Shown here piece by piece: positions 37,499 through 47,446 of a stretch of 64,000 nt of DNA. Position 1 is the first letter of the stretch, and every line of letters begins with the position of its first letter. Below the pieces are notes generated by a model, which saw only the letters and a list, made by a program, of their open reading frames with translations, was not told where the DNA came from and did no database searches. The position numbers and the translations under genes were made by a program. The stretch is from Oceanispirochaeta sp. (GTDB lineage Bacteria; Spirochaetota; Spirochaetia; DSM-2461). Location: NCBI GenBank assembly GCA_963663385.2, contig CAXXXD010000002.1, positions 576,001 to 640,000 on the forward strand. Direction: 5' to 3'.

Positions 37499-38191
37499 AT
37501 GGGAAGCTATAGATACGAAACCCATACACATACAGCTGATGTAAGCAGTTGCGGTCATGTTAAGGCGGACGAAGCCGTGCGGATGCACAAAAAGGCCGGG
37601 TATCAGGGAATGGTTCTGACAGATCATTTTAACGAAGATTTCTTTTCCCGATTCGGATCCGTAAGCTGGGAAGAAAAAATCGATGCCTATATGAAGGGCT
37701 ATATTGTAGCGTTAGGCGAAGCTGAAAAATATGATATGGATATTCTTCTAGGGCTTGAACTGAGGTTTACAGAGAATAACAATGATTATCTTGTCTACGG
37801 GCTTGATGAAGCATATTTGAAAGAGAACAGAGATCTTCATCATTCAACCATTAAGGATTTTATGAAGAGTCTGAAAAACCGCAGTGATGTTCTTGTTTAT
37901 CAGGCACACCCCTTCAGGGACGGCTGCCGTATTGTTGATCCCCTGATTGTGCATGGATTGGAGATCTTCAACGGAAATCCCAGGCATGATGACAGAAACG
38001 AGCTGGCTGCCGAGGTTGCTCTCGATAACCAGATGCTTGTTATTTCAGGCTCGGATTTTCACAGGCCGGGAGATCTGGCTTCAGGCGGGATCCTTCTTGA
38101 TGAAAGGGTTACAAATAATGCCGAATTAATCCGGCAGTTAAAAAAACTGGAATATAAATCATTAGTTAAAAAGGATGTAATATGCGTATAG
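37499..38191 (+). CDS. PHP-domain metal-dependent phosphoesterase
   Basis: 'ETHTHT', 'LTDH', 'GLE', 'QAHPFR', 'SGSDFH'; ATG 37499 follows GGAGGAG. Confidence 0.88.
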   Translation: MGSYRYETHTHTADVSSCGHVKADEAVRMHKKAGYQGMVLTDHFNEDFFSRFGSVSWEEKIDAYMKGYIVALGEAEKYDMDILLGLELRFTENNNDYLVYGLDEAYLKENRDLHHSTIKDFMKSLKNRSDVLVYQAHPFRDGCRIVDPLIVHGLEIFNGNPRHDDRNELAAEVALDNQMLVISGSDFHRPGDLASGGILLDERVTNNAELIRQLKKLEYKSLVKKDVICV

Positions 38192-38943
38192 ATACGATTC
38201 TATTTGATATGGGCGGAACCCTGGAGGACATCCGCTATTCTGAAGATATAGGATCAAAGGTTGCCGGAAATATTGCCGGTATTCTGGACATTGATCCTGT
38301 CGTGTTCTCTACAGACGGAGATGAGGATTTTTATGAAATCCTTCAAAAGCAGTATGGTGTTTACCGGAAATTCAGAGAAGAAACCATGATAGAAGTTCAC
38401 CCGGCCATGGTCTGGAAGGACTGGATTCTGAAGGATTTTCCAATTCCCGCAGACAGGATTTTTGACCATTATGAGGATCTGGCCTATTTCTGGGAAACTG
38501 AGGTCATCACGCGCCGCTGCAGAGAAGAAGTCCGGGATGTTCTGGACGGATTGAAAAAAAGGAAGATCCGTCTGGGAATTATAAGTAATACAGGCAGTTT
38601 TACACAGGTTCATAAGTCTATTGAGAAATACGGGATTAAGGACTACTTTGAATACATCGCTCTCTCCAGTTCCTATGGCATCCGTAAACCTCACGGGTTT
38701 CTGTTCCGGGACGCCCTGAACCAGATGGGATGTGAAGCATCAAAGACCATGTATGTGGGTGATACCATTTCCCGGGATATTGTGGGTGCCAAAGGAGCCG
38801 GCCTGTTCGGAGCTATCCAAATCAAATCCGGTTTTACCGGATTAAGTGACAAAGGGCATAAGAATGAGCTGGAGCCTGATTATGTTATTCATAACCTTTT
38901 AAAGGTTACCGAAATTGTCGATGGTCTGAATCAGGCCGGATAG
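38182..38943 (+). CDS. HAD-family hydrolase
   Basis: 'LFDMGGTL', 'IISN', 'RKP', 'YVGDTISRDIVGA'. Confidence 0.9.
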   Translation: MRIDTILFDMGGTLEDIRYSEDIGSKVAGNIAGILDIDPVVFSTDGDEDFYEILQKQYGVYRKFREETMIEVHPAMVWKDWILKDFPIPADRIFDHYEDLAYFWETEVITRRCREEVRDVLDGLKKRKIRLGIISNTGSFTQVHKSIEKYGIKDYFEYIALSSSYGIRKPHGFLFRDALNQMGCEASKTMYVGDTISRDIVGAKGAGLFGAIQIKSGFTGLSDKGHKNELEPDYVIHNLLKVTEIVDGLNQAG

Positions 38944-38973
38944 GGGGGATTTATATGAAACAGGAGGAGCTAA

Positions 38974-40812
38974 ATGGAAATAACAGCCAAATTGCAAAAG
39001 GTTAAAATTCCAGTGAACAAATTAAATTTGTATCTAAACCGTATTAAAAACTATTTTCAGAATGCGCAGAACCTGATCAGTATTCTCTCTATTGCTGTTC
39101 TGATTTATCTGGTTGTTTTCCCTCTATGGGAAATTCTGACAACCACTTTCCAGCTTCAGTTCAGAGATGCTTTGAAACTCGGAATTCCGGAAGGATCTTT
39201 TACATTCCGCTATTGGGCCGCAACATTCGCCAGCAAGATCAGCACGGCCATGTTCTATAAACCCCTTATGAACTCGTTGATGATATCACTGAGTGTTTCC
39301 TTCTTCGGAATCCTGATCGGGGGTATACTGGCCTGGCTTGTCTCCCGGACAGACCTGCCCCTGAAGAAGTTCTTCTCTTTTATACTTGTGGTTGCCTATA
39401 TGGTACCATCCTGGAGTAAAGCGCTGGCCTGGGAGGTCGTATTCAAAAATGACAGAATCGGCGGTTATCCCGGGATGTTCCAGTCTCTGTTCGGAGTCAG
39501 TCCTCCCAACTGGATTTCCTACGGGTTTGTCCCTATCGTTGTAACCCTGTCGCTTCATTATTTTGTATTCTCCTTTCTGCTGATTTCATCGGCCCTTGCT
39601 TCAATCGGTGGGGATCTGGAGGAAATGGCGGAAATTACAGGAGCCAAAAGGACAACCATTTTAAGAAAAATTACTTTTCCCCTTGTACTGCCGGCTATCC
39701 TGTCATCCTTTATTCTGACATTTTCAAAAGCCCTGGGATCATTCGGCGCTCCGGCTTTTCTGGGGATGAAAGTGAACTATTATACTTTGTCCACCATGAT
39801 TTATTCCAATATCCGGAACCGGTTGACCACTCAGGCTTTTACACTGGGACTCGTTCTGCTGGTTGTTGCCAGTTTCACGGTTTACCTGAATCAGAAAGCT
39901 ATAGGTAAAAGGAAAAGTTTCACGACTATCGGAGGAAAGAGTACCAGAACGAATCTTATAAAACTGAAAAAGCTTAAACCGCTTATTACGGCTGCGGTTC
40001 TCTGTTTTGTGATTCTGGGTGTGATGATGCCTCTGCTGGTTCTTATTCTGCAGAGTGTTATGCTGGAATCAGGTGTGTACAGCTTTGATAATCTGACGCT
40101 GCACTTCTGGATCGGAGAAGGAACTCCGGCGATTGCCGATGGTGAGGCGGGAATCTTTCATAATCCCCGGATATGGTCGGCTCTGGGAAATACCCTGAAG
40201 CTGGTGGGAGTCGTATCCCTGATCGCTACTGTTGCGGGATTACTTTTGGGATATATCATCTCCAGGGGCAGAAAGAAAATCAGCGGCAGATTCATTGAGC
40301 AGATTTCCTTCACACCCATGCTGATCCCGTCTATCGCTCTGAGTACGATCTATCTGTCCATGTTTTCCAAGCCCCAGCTGTTTATACCGGTTCTGTATGG
40401 AACCTTTGCTCTGCTGGTACTGATCAGTATTGTCAAGTATCTGCCATTTGCGGTTCGTTCCGGAACCAGCAGTATGATGCAGATTAACACAGAACTGGAA
40501 GAAGCGGGAAAAATTGAAGGGGCATCCTGGACGAGGATATTCAGAAGACTGATCCTCCCACTGGCAAAAGGCGGGGTATTCAGTGCTTTTCTGCTGATTT
40601 TTATCAGCGGGATGAAAGAACTGGCCCTCATAATGCTTCTGGTTACCCCGAAAACTGCAACCTTGACGACATTGACATATTCCTACTCCGAATCGGGTTT
40701 TGAGCAGTTTTCCAATGCAATCACGACGTTAATTATTTTTATCATTATCCTGGTGAATTTTATCGCCAGAAAAGTTAGTAAAGCAGATATTTCCAAGGGA
40801 ATGGGAGGTTGA
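38974..40812 (+). CDS. ABC transporter fused double permease (FbpB/AfuB-like)
   Basis: 'LAWLVSRTDLP', two EAA loops ('LEEMAEITGA', 'LEEAGKIEGA'), about 12 TM segments. Confidence 0.9.
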   Translation: MEITAKLQKVKIPVNKLNLYLNRIKNYFQNAQNLISILSIAVLIYLVVFPLWEILTTTFQLQFRDALKLGIPEGSFTFRYWAATFASKISTAMFYKPLMNSLMISLSVSFFGILIGGILAWLVSRTDLPLKKFFSFILVVAYMVPSWSKALAWEVVFKNDRIGGYPGMFQSLFGVSPPNWISYGFVPIVVTLSLHYFVFSFLLISSALASIGGDLEEMAEITGAKRTTILRKITFPLVLPAILSSFILTFSKALGSFGAPAFLGMKVNYYTLSTMIYSNIRNRLTTQAFTLGLVLLVVASFTVYLNQKAIGKRKSFTTIGGKSTRTNLIKLKKLKPLITAAVLCFVILGVMMPLLVLILQSVMLESGVYSFDNLTLHFWIGEGTPAIADGEAGIFHNPRIWSALGNTLKLVGVVSLIATVAGLLLGYIISRGRKKISGRFIEQISFTPMLIPSIALSTIYLSMFSKPQLFIPVLYGTFALLVLISIVKYLPFAVRSGTSSMMQINTELEEAGKIEGASWTRIFRRLILPLAKGGVFSAFLLIFISGMKELALIMLLVTPKTATLTTLTYSYSESGFEQFSNAITTLIIFIIILVNFIARKVSKADISKGMGG

Positions 40813-40813
40813 G

Positions 40814-41947
40814 ATGAGCCGTATTGAACTGAACAAAGTAAATAAATTTTATGATAAAGTGCATATTCTGAAAGATGTGGATCTGGTGATTGAACAGGGA
40901 GACTTCATGACTCTTCTGGGACCTTCCGGGTGCGGAAAAACTACCACACTACGGGTGATTTCCGGCCTGGAAAACCCCCAGAGCGGAACGGTCGTTATAG
41001 ACGGGGATGCCGTGGCGGATCCGGAATCCGGTCGGTTTGCGCCCCCTTCCAAAAGGAACCTTAATCTGGTTTTTCAGAGCTACGCTCTCTGGCCTCATAT
41101 GACTGTATTTGATAATGTGGCTTTCGGACTGACTGTTAAAAAGATGGCAAAAGATGAAATCCGGAAAAAAGTCCTGTCCGCCCTTGAAAAGATGCAGATC
41201 AGGGAGTATGCCGAGAGGTATCCTTCCGAACTGTCCGGAGGGCAGCAGCAGAGGGTGGCCATCGCACGGGCGATTGTTTCCCAGCCGAAGATCCTTCTTC
41301 TGGATGAACCCCTCTCCAATCTGGATGCCAAACTCCGTGTCGATATGAGAGCAGAGCTTAAAAGGCTGCATAAGGATCTGAATACGACGATTATTTATGT
41401 TACCCACGATCAGGTTGAAGCACTGACTCTCTCTTCCAAGATCGCGGTCTATTTTGAAGGTGTGCTGACCCAGTGTAACAGTCCGGCGGAAATCTACAAT
41501 AATCCCGCTACTCTTAAAGTCGCTGAATTTATCGGGAACCCCAAGATTAATTTCATAAAAGGCGCTGCAAGGGGTGTTTCCGGCGATAAGATGACATTGC
41601 AGTGTGACTTTGGAGAACTGGTTCTGGAGGACTTGAGTAAACGGGAAAATGGAGTGGAATCCCGAAAGGCTATCGCTGATTCCCCGTTGACCCTTGCGAT
41701 ACGGCCGGAGGATATCCTGATCAGTGTATCCGAAAAACCGGGTTACTTTCCCTGTCAGGTCTCTTCCATTCTCCCTGCCGGGTCGGAGACGCTGCTTGAA
41801 CTGGAACTGGGGCAGTCTACGGTAATGGCCAAGGAGATCGGTTCCAAGAGTTATGAAATGGGAGATACCGTTTGGGCCCATTTTAAGCAGGACAGGCTGA
41901 ATCTCTACAACAATGAAAGCGAGGAACTGATCATCCGGGCTGTCTGA
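40814..41947 (+). CDS. ABC transporter ATP-binding protein (FbpC/PotA-like)
   Basis: GPSGCGKT, 'VFQSYALWPHM', LSGGQQQR, 'LDEPLSNLDAKLR', TOBE tail. Confidence 0.95.
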   Translation: MSRIELNKVNKFYDKVHILKDVDLVIEQGDFMTLLGPSGCGKTTTLRVISGLENPQSGTVVIDGDAVADPESGRFAPPSKRNLNLVFQSYALWPHMTVFDNVAFGLTVKKMAKDEIRKKVLSALEKMQIREYAERYPSELSGGQQQRVAIARAIVSQPKILLLDEPLSNLDAKLRVDMRAELKRLHKDLNTTIIYVTHDQVEALTLSSKIAVYFEGVLTQCNSPAEIYNNPATLKVAEFIGNPKINFIKGAARGVSGDKMTLQCDFGELVLEDLSKRENGVESRKAIADSPLTLAIRPEDILISVSEKPGYFPCQVSSILPAGSETLLELELGQSTVMAKEIGSKSYEMGDTVWAHFKQDRLNLYNNESEELIIRAV

Positions 41948-42032
41948 TAGTTTTTATATCATAAGGGTTTCAGGGGGATGCTCTACGGGTTGTCTCCCTG
42001 ATAAATAATAAGAATTTTAAAAGGAGTATTTT

Positions 42033-43205
42033 ATGAAGATTACTGGAAAACTGGGCTTTATCGCTTTGAGCGTTTTAGTCATGATTTCGGCGGTATCCTG
42101 CACCAAGAAGGGTGATGTGTCCATGTCCGTCAGGGAGAATATCTCCTGGGATGAAAAAGTCGGGCTTGATGATCAGTTGAGCGGAGACGAGCTGTATGCA
42201 AAAGCTAAAGAGGAAGGAACTGTTACGATTTACTCAATGTCCAGCCGTTTTAACGATGTAAAAGAGACCTTTGAAGCCCAGTACCCCGGGATTGAGGTTG
42301 TTGTATACGATATGCGAAATTCAGAAATCGTAGAGAAATTCCAGAGAGAGCATGAAGCGCAGATACGTAATGCGGACCTGTTGTTTATCAAGGATACGGA
42401 TGGAGGTGTTTTTACTGAGTTTGTCAGTATGGGATTACTGAAAGAGTATATTCCTGAAGATATGATGAAAACTGCTCCGGCAACGTTTCAGAAAGGCGCC
42501 TATGTCCCCTATTTTGAGATGAAACAACTATTCTACAATACGGAAGTATACGACTCCTGTCCGATGGACAGCTGGTGGGATCTGACAAGACCTGAATACA
42601 AAAGTAAAATCATTCTGAGAAGCCCCATTGAGAATTCGGAAACCATGGGTCTGTTTATGGCCATAGTCAATAACAGCGATGAGATGGCTGCTGCCTATAA
42701 AAAAGAGTTCGGAGAAGATATTGTACTGAACGGGACAGAAAATGCCGGATATGAGTTTTTGAAAAGGCTGTCGGATAATGATCTGATCGTCATGACTTCC
42801 GATACGGATATTACCAAAGCGGTAGGTGCGCCCGGGCAGGAAAATCCTCCTTTCGGTATTGCTACTTCCAGTAAAATGCGGAAGGCCGGCGACAAGCTTC
42901 TTATCAATGTGGCAGAAGATCTGTCTCCCCGCCTGGGTATACTGGATCCTGCTTTTCTTTATATTGCCGATCAGGCTGAGCATGTCAATGCCGCAAAACT
43001 TATGATGAGATGGGTTGGTGGAGAAAAGGACGGAACAGGACCCGGTTTCAAGCCCTTTCATGTAAGAGGCTCCTGGCCTTCAAGACTGGATGTTGCTCCT
43101 ATCGATACACCTGCACTGGACTCATTAAACCTCTGGGATCTTGATCTGAAACAGAACTACCTGATGCTGGATGATATGAGAACTTTCTGGATGACTCTGC
43201 AGTAG
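42033..43205 (+). CDS. ABC transporter substrate-binding lipoprotein (FbpA/AfuA-like)
   Basis: Lipobox 'SAVSC', 'AKEEGTVTIYS', 'FEAQYPGI', 'WWDLTRPEYK', 'HVNAAKL'. Confidence 0.85.
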   Translation: MKITGKLGFIALSVLVMISAVSCTKKGDVSMSVRENISWDEKVGLDDQLSGDELYAKAKEEGTVTIYSMSSRFNDVKETFEAQYPGIEVVVYDMRNSEIVEKFQREHEAQIRNADLLFIKDTDGGVFTEFVSMGLLKEYIPEDMMKTAPATFQKGAYVPYFEMKQLFYNTEVYDSCPMDSWWDLTRPEYKSKIILRSPIENSETMGLFMAIVNNSDEMAAAYKKEFGEDIVLNGTENAGYEFLKRLSDNDLIVMTSDTDITKAVGAPGQENPPFGIATSSKMRKAGDKLLINVAEDLSPRLGILDPAFLYIADQAEHVNAAKLMMRWVGGEKDGTGPGFKPFHVRGSWPSRLDVAPIDTPALDSLNLWDLDLKQNYLMLDDMRTFWMTLQ

Positions 43206-43264
43206 GAAATATTACCCTCCTTCCGGTTGATCCGGAGGAGGGGAGTTTAACAAAGGAAAACTTT

Positions 43265-44146
43265 ATGCAATTTGATATCACAATGATTGGTCATATCTGT
43301 AAAGACACTCTGTTCGATATGAACGAAAAAAGCGAAAGCCCCGGCGGAGCTGTTTACTTCTCCTCCATTGCCGCCGCGAGAAGCGGAGCCCGCATTCATG
43401 TTGTTACCATGGCCTCGGAATCGGATGACAGTCTTTTTGACGTTATGCGAAGTGATGGGATATCTGTTACAAGATTAGCATCGGATCAAACAACTCAGAT
43501 TACTCTTAAATACGATTCCCCGGAGAGGGAGAGACGGGAGGTTATCCTCGACTGCCAGGCAGCACCCTTTGCTGTTAATGATTTTCCGGAATCAAAAAGT
43601 TCTATCTACCACCTGGCAGGATTGTTTAAAGGGGAAATCCCGGATGATTTTATCCCTTATCTTTCCCGTAAGGGAGATGTCGCCCTGGATGTACAGGGGG
43701 TCTTAAGATGTAGCGAAGGGGGAAATCTTATCTTTAAAAAATGGGACAGGGTTAAGGAGATGCTCCCGTATATAAAGTATTTAAAGACGGATGCGGCGGA
43801 GGCGGAAATTTTGACAGGAGAGACCGATCGGGAAAAGGCCGGCAGAATACTGAATAAAATGGGTGCCGCTGAAGTAATGATTACCCACAATGAAGAAGTT
43901 ATTATCTGTACCGGGGAGAATATTATTAAAGCGCCCTATAATCCGTCCAATTTGTCCGGCCGGACGGGCAGGGGAGACACCACTTTTGCCGCCTATCTGG
44001 CAAAACGGATAGACCGAGAGCCCTACGAATCCCTCTTTTATGCAGCAGCTCTCTGTTCCATCAAAATGGAGACTCCGGGGCCGTTTAATCAGGGGATCAG
44101 CGAGGTGTATAAGCGAATGGATAGTCTGGGGTATAGGCAAAGGTGA
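43265..44146 (+). CDS. PfkB/ribokinase-family kinase
   Basis: 'GHICKD', 'PGGAVYFS', 'LDVQG', 'K.D..EA', 'RTGRGDT'. Confidence 0.88.
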   Translation: MQFDITMIGHICKDTLFDMNEKSESPGGAVYFSSIAAARSGARIHVVTMASESDDSLFDVMRSDGISVTRLASDQTTQITLKYDSPERERREVILDCQAAPFAVNDFPESKSSIYHLAGLFKGEIPDDFIPYLSRKGDVALDVQGVLRCSEGGNLIFKKWDRVKEMLPYIKYLKTDAAEAEILTGETDREKAGRILNKMGAAEVMITHNEEVIICTGENIIKAPYNPSNLSGRTGRGDTTFAAYLAKRIDREPYESLFYAAALCSIKMETPGPFNQGISEVYKRMDSLGYRQR

Positions 44147-44208
44147 AAAATGACTGTACTGCAGATGCCGGCAGGTACTGTCCGACGGCTATCGGTCAGG
44201 TTGATTTT

Positions 44209-45891
44209 TCAATTATAATCTTTAAAGGTATATCTGTTTCGGCCGTTCTTTTTTGATTCATAGAGGGCCTGGTCCGCCGTTTCCACAAATTGACTGGCTG
44301 TCTGTCCGGGGCCGGGGATGGCATGGGCTATTCCTATGCTGATAGTCACTAAGTCTGATACTTCTGATCCCTGATTGGGAACGGCCAGCTCTTTCAGATC
44401 CTTCTGAATGGCAAGGGCTATCTTTTCGGCACCTTTCCGTTCTGTTCTGGGGAGAAGAATGACAAACTCCTCTCCTCCGTACCTTGCGGCACAGTCCAGG
44501 GGACGACTGGCGTGGTCTGCCAGAATTCGGGCCAGGATCTGAAGGCACTCATCTCCCATCCCGTGACCATATGTATCGTTATACTTTTTAAAGAAATCCA
44601 CATCGATAAACAGCAGAGCTATATTTCGTGATTCTTCACGGCAGAGACTCCACTGGGCTTCCATTTCCCTGTCAAAATACCCCCGGTTTGAAATCTGGGT
44701 CAATCCGTCCAGACTAACCTGCTTTTCCAGATCCATCTGAAGGGTTTTGCTTTGAGTAATATCGTGAAAAGTTACTGCGAGACCTTCACCTATAATCCGT
44801 ACGGAAACCTGAAACCATCCTCGGAGATTTTCAAACTCAAGGTATTTTTCCTTAACAAAGGGTTTTTTTTCTCTGGCTGCCTGTAGAAAATCCGCATAGA
44901 TCTCTTCATCTTTAAGAGACGGGTAACGGGTCAGGAATTTTTTCCCGATGATTTCACTGACTTCCACCGCAAAATTGGCCGACGCCCTGGGATTGGCCAT
45001 AATCCACTCAAAGTCTTCAATTTCTCCATGTTCTGTTTTAACAGTTTTAAGGACCATTATACCGTCGTGAGAACTGTTTAAAACACTTTCCAGCAGGTCC
45101 TGTGATTTCTGGAGTTCTTCAGTTCTCAAAATAACCTGCTTTTCAAGAGAGTTGTTTATATCAGCCAATTTTCGATACATATCGGCATTTTCCCGGGACA
45201 TGACATTGAATATTTTCGCTATGGTTCCAATCTCATTGCTGCAATTTATATCAACCTGTCTGCCAAGTTCCCCGGCTCCCACTTTTTCCATTACACCTGA
45301 TAGCTCTGTGAGATGTTGTGTCACCTGATAGGACAGAATCCGGGATATGAAAAGGAGGATTCCGGCAAGTAAGGTCAGGATCAGGGCTGATATAAGAAGA
45401 AAAGTAATCTGACGCTGTCTGTGCAGCTCCTGCAGATTATAGTAAAAACGGGCGTATCCATGAAAATCACCAGCAACAATCAGGGGCGTTGTATGAATCA
45501 TGGACGGAATTCCCAAAAAGGATCCTTCCGAGTTGCTTTGTATCTCTTTTTTCTGTTCTTTCGGAGAGAGCCGTTTATCCGGTTCCGTCTCGTAACTGGC
45601 AAAAAAAAGCTTACCCTCTGCATCATAGATTTCGGTGGCCAGTATACCGTGGAATTCCAGAATCCCTTTGAGGCTGCTTTCCATTCCCACGGTATTTCTG
45701 AAAAATAGCATATTGCCCAGACTGTTGACTTTATTCTGAACCAGGGCATTGAGAATCGTTTCTATGGACTGAAGCGACTGTCTGTAACGATGATTTTCAA
45801 AAGAGAAAAGAGTTATGCTGAATACCGAGGAAATCGCGAGAAAGACTAAAATGAGTTTTCTTGTTATCTGTTTTCTCAGTGAACCGTTCAT
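44209..45891 (-). CDS. Membrane diguanylate cyclase (2TM sensor-HAMP-PAS-GGDEF)
   Basis: 'DGLTQISNR', 'IDVDFFKKYNDTYGH..GD', I-site RPLD, GGEEF; HAMP 'NEIGTIA..FN.M'. Confidence 0.93.
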   Translation of the reverse strand: MNGSLRKQITRKLILVFLAISSVFSITLFSFENHRYRQSLQSIETILNALVQNKVNSLGNMLFFRNTVGMESSLKGILEFHGILATEIYDAEGKLFFASYETEPDKRLSPKEQKKEIQSNSEGSFLGIPSMIHTTPLIVAGDFHGYARFYYNLQELHRQRQITFLLISALILTLLAGILLFISRILSYQVTQHLTELSGVMEKVGAGELGRQVDINCSNEIGTIAKIFNVMSRENADMYRKLADINNSLEKQVILRTEELQKSQDLLESVLNSSHDGIMVLKTVKTEHGEIEDFEWIMANPRASANFAVEVSEIIGKKFLTRYPSLKDEEIYADFLQAAREKKPFVKEKYLEFENLRGWFQVSVRIIGEGLAVTFHDITQSKTLQMDLEKQVSLDGLTQISNRGYFDREMEAQWSLCREESRNIALLFIDVDFFKKYNDTYGHGMGDECLQILARILADHASRPLDCAARYGGEEFVILLPRTERKGAEKIALAIQKDLKELAVPNQGSEVSDLVTISIGIAHAIPGPGQTASQFVETADQALYESKKNGRNRYTFKDYN

Positions 45892-45912
45892 AATAATGGA
45901 TTATAATTAATA

Positions 45913-47040
45913 TTACGGTTCTATCAATTTAACGAAATCAATAGAGCCGTCTTTATAAGTGAGGATTGCGGCGCTCTTATTCAGTGGATCACCCTGAAAA
46001 TCCATGGTGAACGAACCTGTCACTCCCTGATAGTTTCTTATTCGGGCCATGGCATCCCGTATGTCAGAGCGTACCAGACTGCCGGATTGTCTGATAGCCT
46101 CCATGATTATATTGAAGGAATCGTAAGCCAGAGCAGCACTGGAGGCAATAGGTCCATCACCATATTTGGCATGGTATCGCTGGACAAAGTCTCTGCTTTG
46201 TTCTGTATCTTCATCCTGATGCCAGTGGTTAACAAAATAGTGCCCTTCAGAAGCCTCGGAGCCGGCTACGCCGAGAACACCTTTTCCCCAGCCGTCGCCT
46301 CCCAGAAAAGTGGCTTTAAGCTTCATATTATTAGCCTGTTTTAGTATCAGTCCTGCATCTGCGCCATGCCCCGGTACGAATACTACATCCGGATCAAGAG
46401 TTTTAACCTTTAACAGTATTTCAGAATAGTCACTCTGATCTCCGTTATAGAACTCCTCAGTCAGAACAGTCCCTTCCCTTTCAAAACCTTTACGGAAGTA
46501 TTCGGCCAGACTGACGCTGAAAGTGCTCGGGGCCTTTGTCAGAATTACTGCCGTTTGAGCTGACAGTTCATCCAGCGCGAATGTGGCCATTATCTGTCCC
46601 TGAAAAGGATCGGTGAAACAGGCCCTGAATATATAGTCTCCCAGGCTGCTTATGTCTGGGTGGGTGGATATGGGGGAAATAAGGGGTACTCCCGCCTTTT
46701 GAAAGAGAGGTCCTATCAGTTTCGTTATATTGCTGATATTGGCACCTACTGCAGCGGTCATTTCATTCTCTTCCAGGTATTTAATGGCAAGCTCTTTTCC
46801 CGCAGTTATTTTTGTAACCCCTCCGTCGATAATTTCAACGGATCGGCCGAGTATACCGCCCTCCTCATTGATTCTCTCGGCTGCCAGAATGGCACCCTTC
46901 ATATCTTCGGCAGACTGGAAATTTTCAACAGCTGTGTAGGACTGACCGTATGTAACATAGATTTTGACGGTTTCTTCAGAAAAAAGAGAAAAAGTCGTCC
47001 ATAAAAGGAAGATTCCCGACAGTATAAATAGCTTCTTCAT
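45913..47040 (-). CDS. LivJ/LivK-like periplasmic binding protein
   Basis: 'INEEGGILGR', 'YIFRACFTDPFQG', 'LGGDGW', 'ALAYD', 'GVTGSF'; signal peptide. Confidence 0.9.
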   Translation of the reverse strand: MKKLFILSGIFLLWTTFSLFSEETVKIYVTYGQSYTAVENFQSAEDMKGAILAAERINEEGGILGRSVEIIDGGVTKITAGKELAIKYLEENEMTAAVGANISNITKLIGPLFQKAGVPLISPISTHPDISSLGDYIFRACFTDPFQGQIMATFALDELSAQTAVILTKAPSTFSVSLAEYFRKGFEREGTVLTEEFYNGDQSDYSEILLKVKTLDPDVVFVPGHGADAGLILKQANNMKLKATFLGGDGWGKGVLGVAGSEASEGHYFVNHWHQDEDTEQSRDFVQRYHAKYGDGPIASSAALAYDSFNIIMEAIRQSGSLVRSDIRDAMARIRNYQGVTGSFTMDFQGDPLNKSAAILTYKDGSIDFVKLIEP

Positions 47041-47135
47041 CAGTTTTGCTCTCCCGGGTTTCCATTATACAAGATAGCAGGAGGGAATGCGGAAAAAATT
47101 GATGATTTTTATACTTATTATGATACAGTGGTTAA

Positions 47136-47360
47136 ATGGAAAACGACGATAGCCGGCAGATTCTGATTGAGCTGGCAAACACAAAGATGCCCTTCGGGAA
47201 GTACAAGGGGCGGTATCTGATTGATCTGCCCGAGGCCTATGTTCTCTGGTTTAAACAGAAGGGCTTCCCCAAAGGGAAGCTGGGGTATCTCATGGAAAAC
47301 CTGGTGGCTATAAAGGAAAACGGATTGGAGGGACTGGTTCGGTCCCTCATTAAAAGGTAA
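47136..47360 (+). CDS. DUF3820-family small protein
   Basis: 'MPFGKYKGR.LIDLPE.Y..WF..KGFPKGKLG....IKENGLE'. Confidence 0.85.
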   Translation: MENDDSRQILIELANTKMPFGKYKGRYLIDLPEAYVLWFKQKGFPKGKLGYLMENLVAIKENGLEGLVRSLIKR

Positions 47361-47446
47361 AAAAACAAATTGCATTGTATGTGCAATGTTGTCATTCTGT
47401 GTGTATATCTGTTATGATATCTATCGATAATTATTTATAAATAAGG

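Noticed and set aside
40949..41881. 310-aa minus-strand ORF
   Set aside because: Antisense to an ABC ATPase with no independent support
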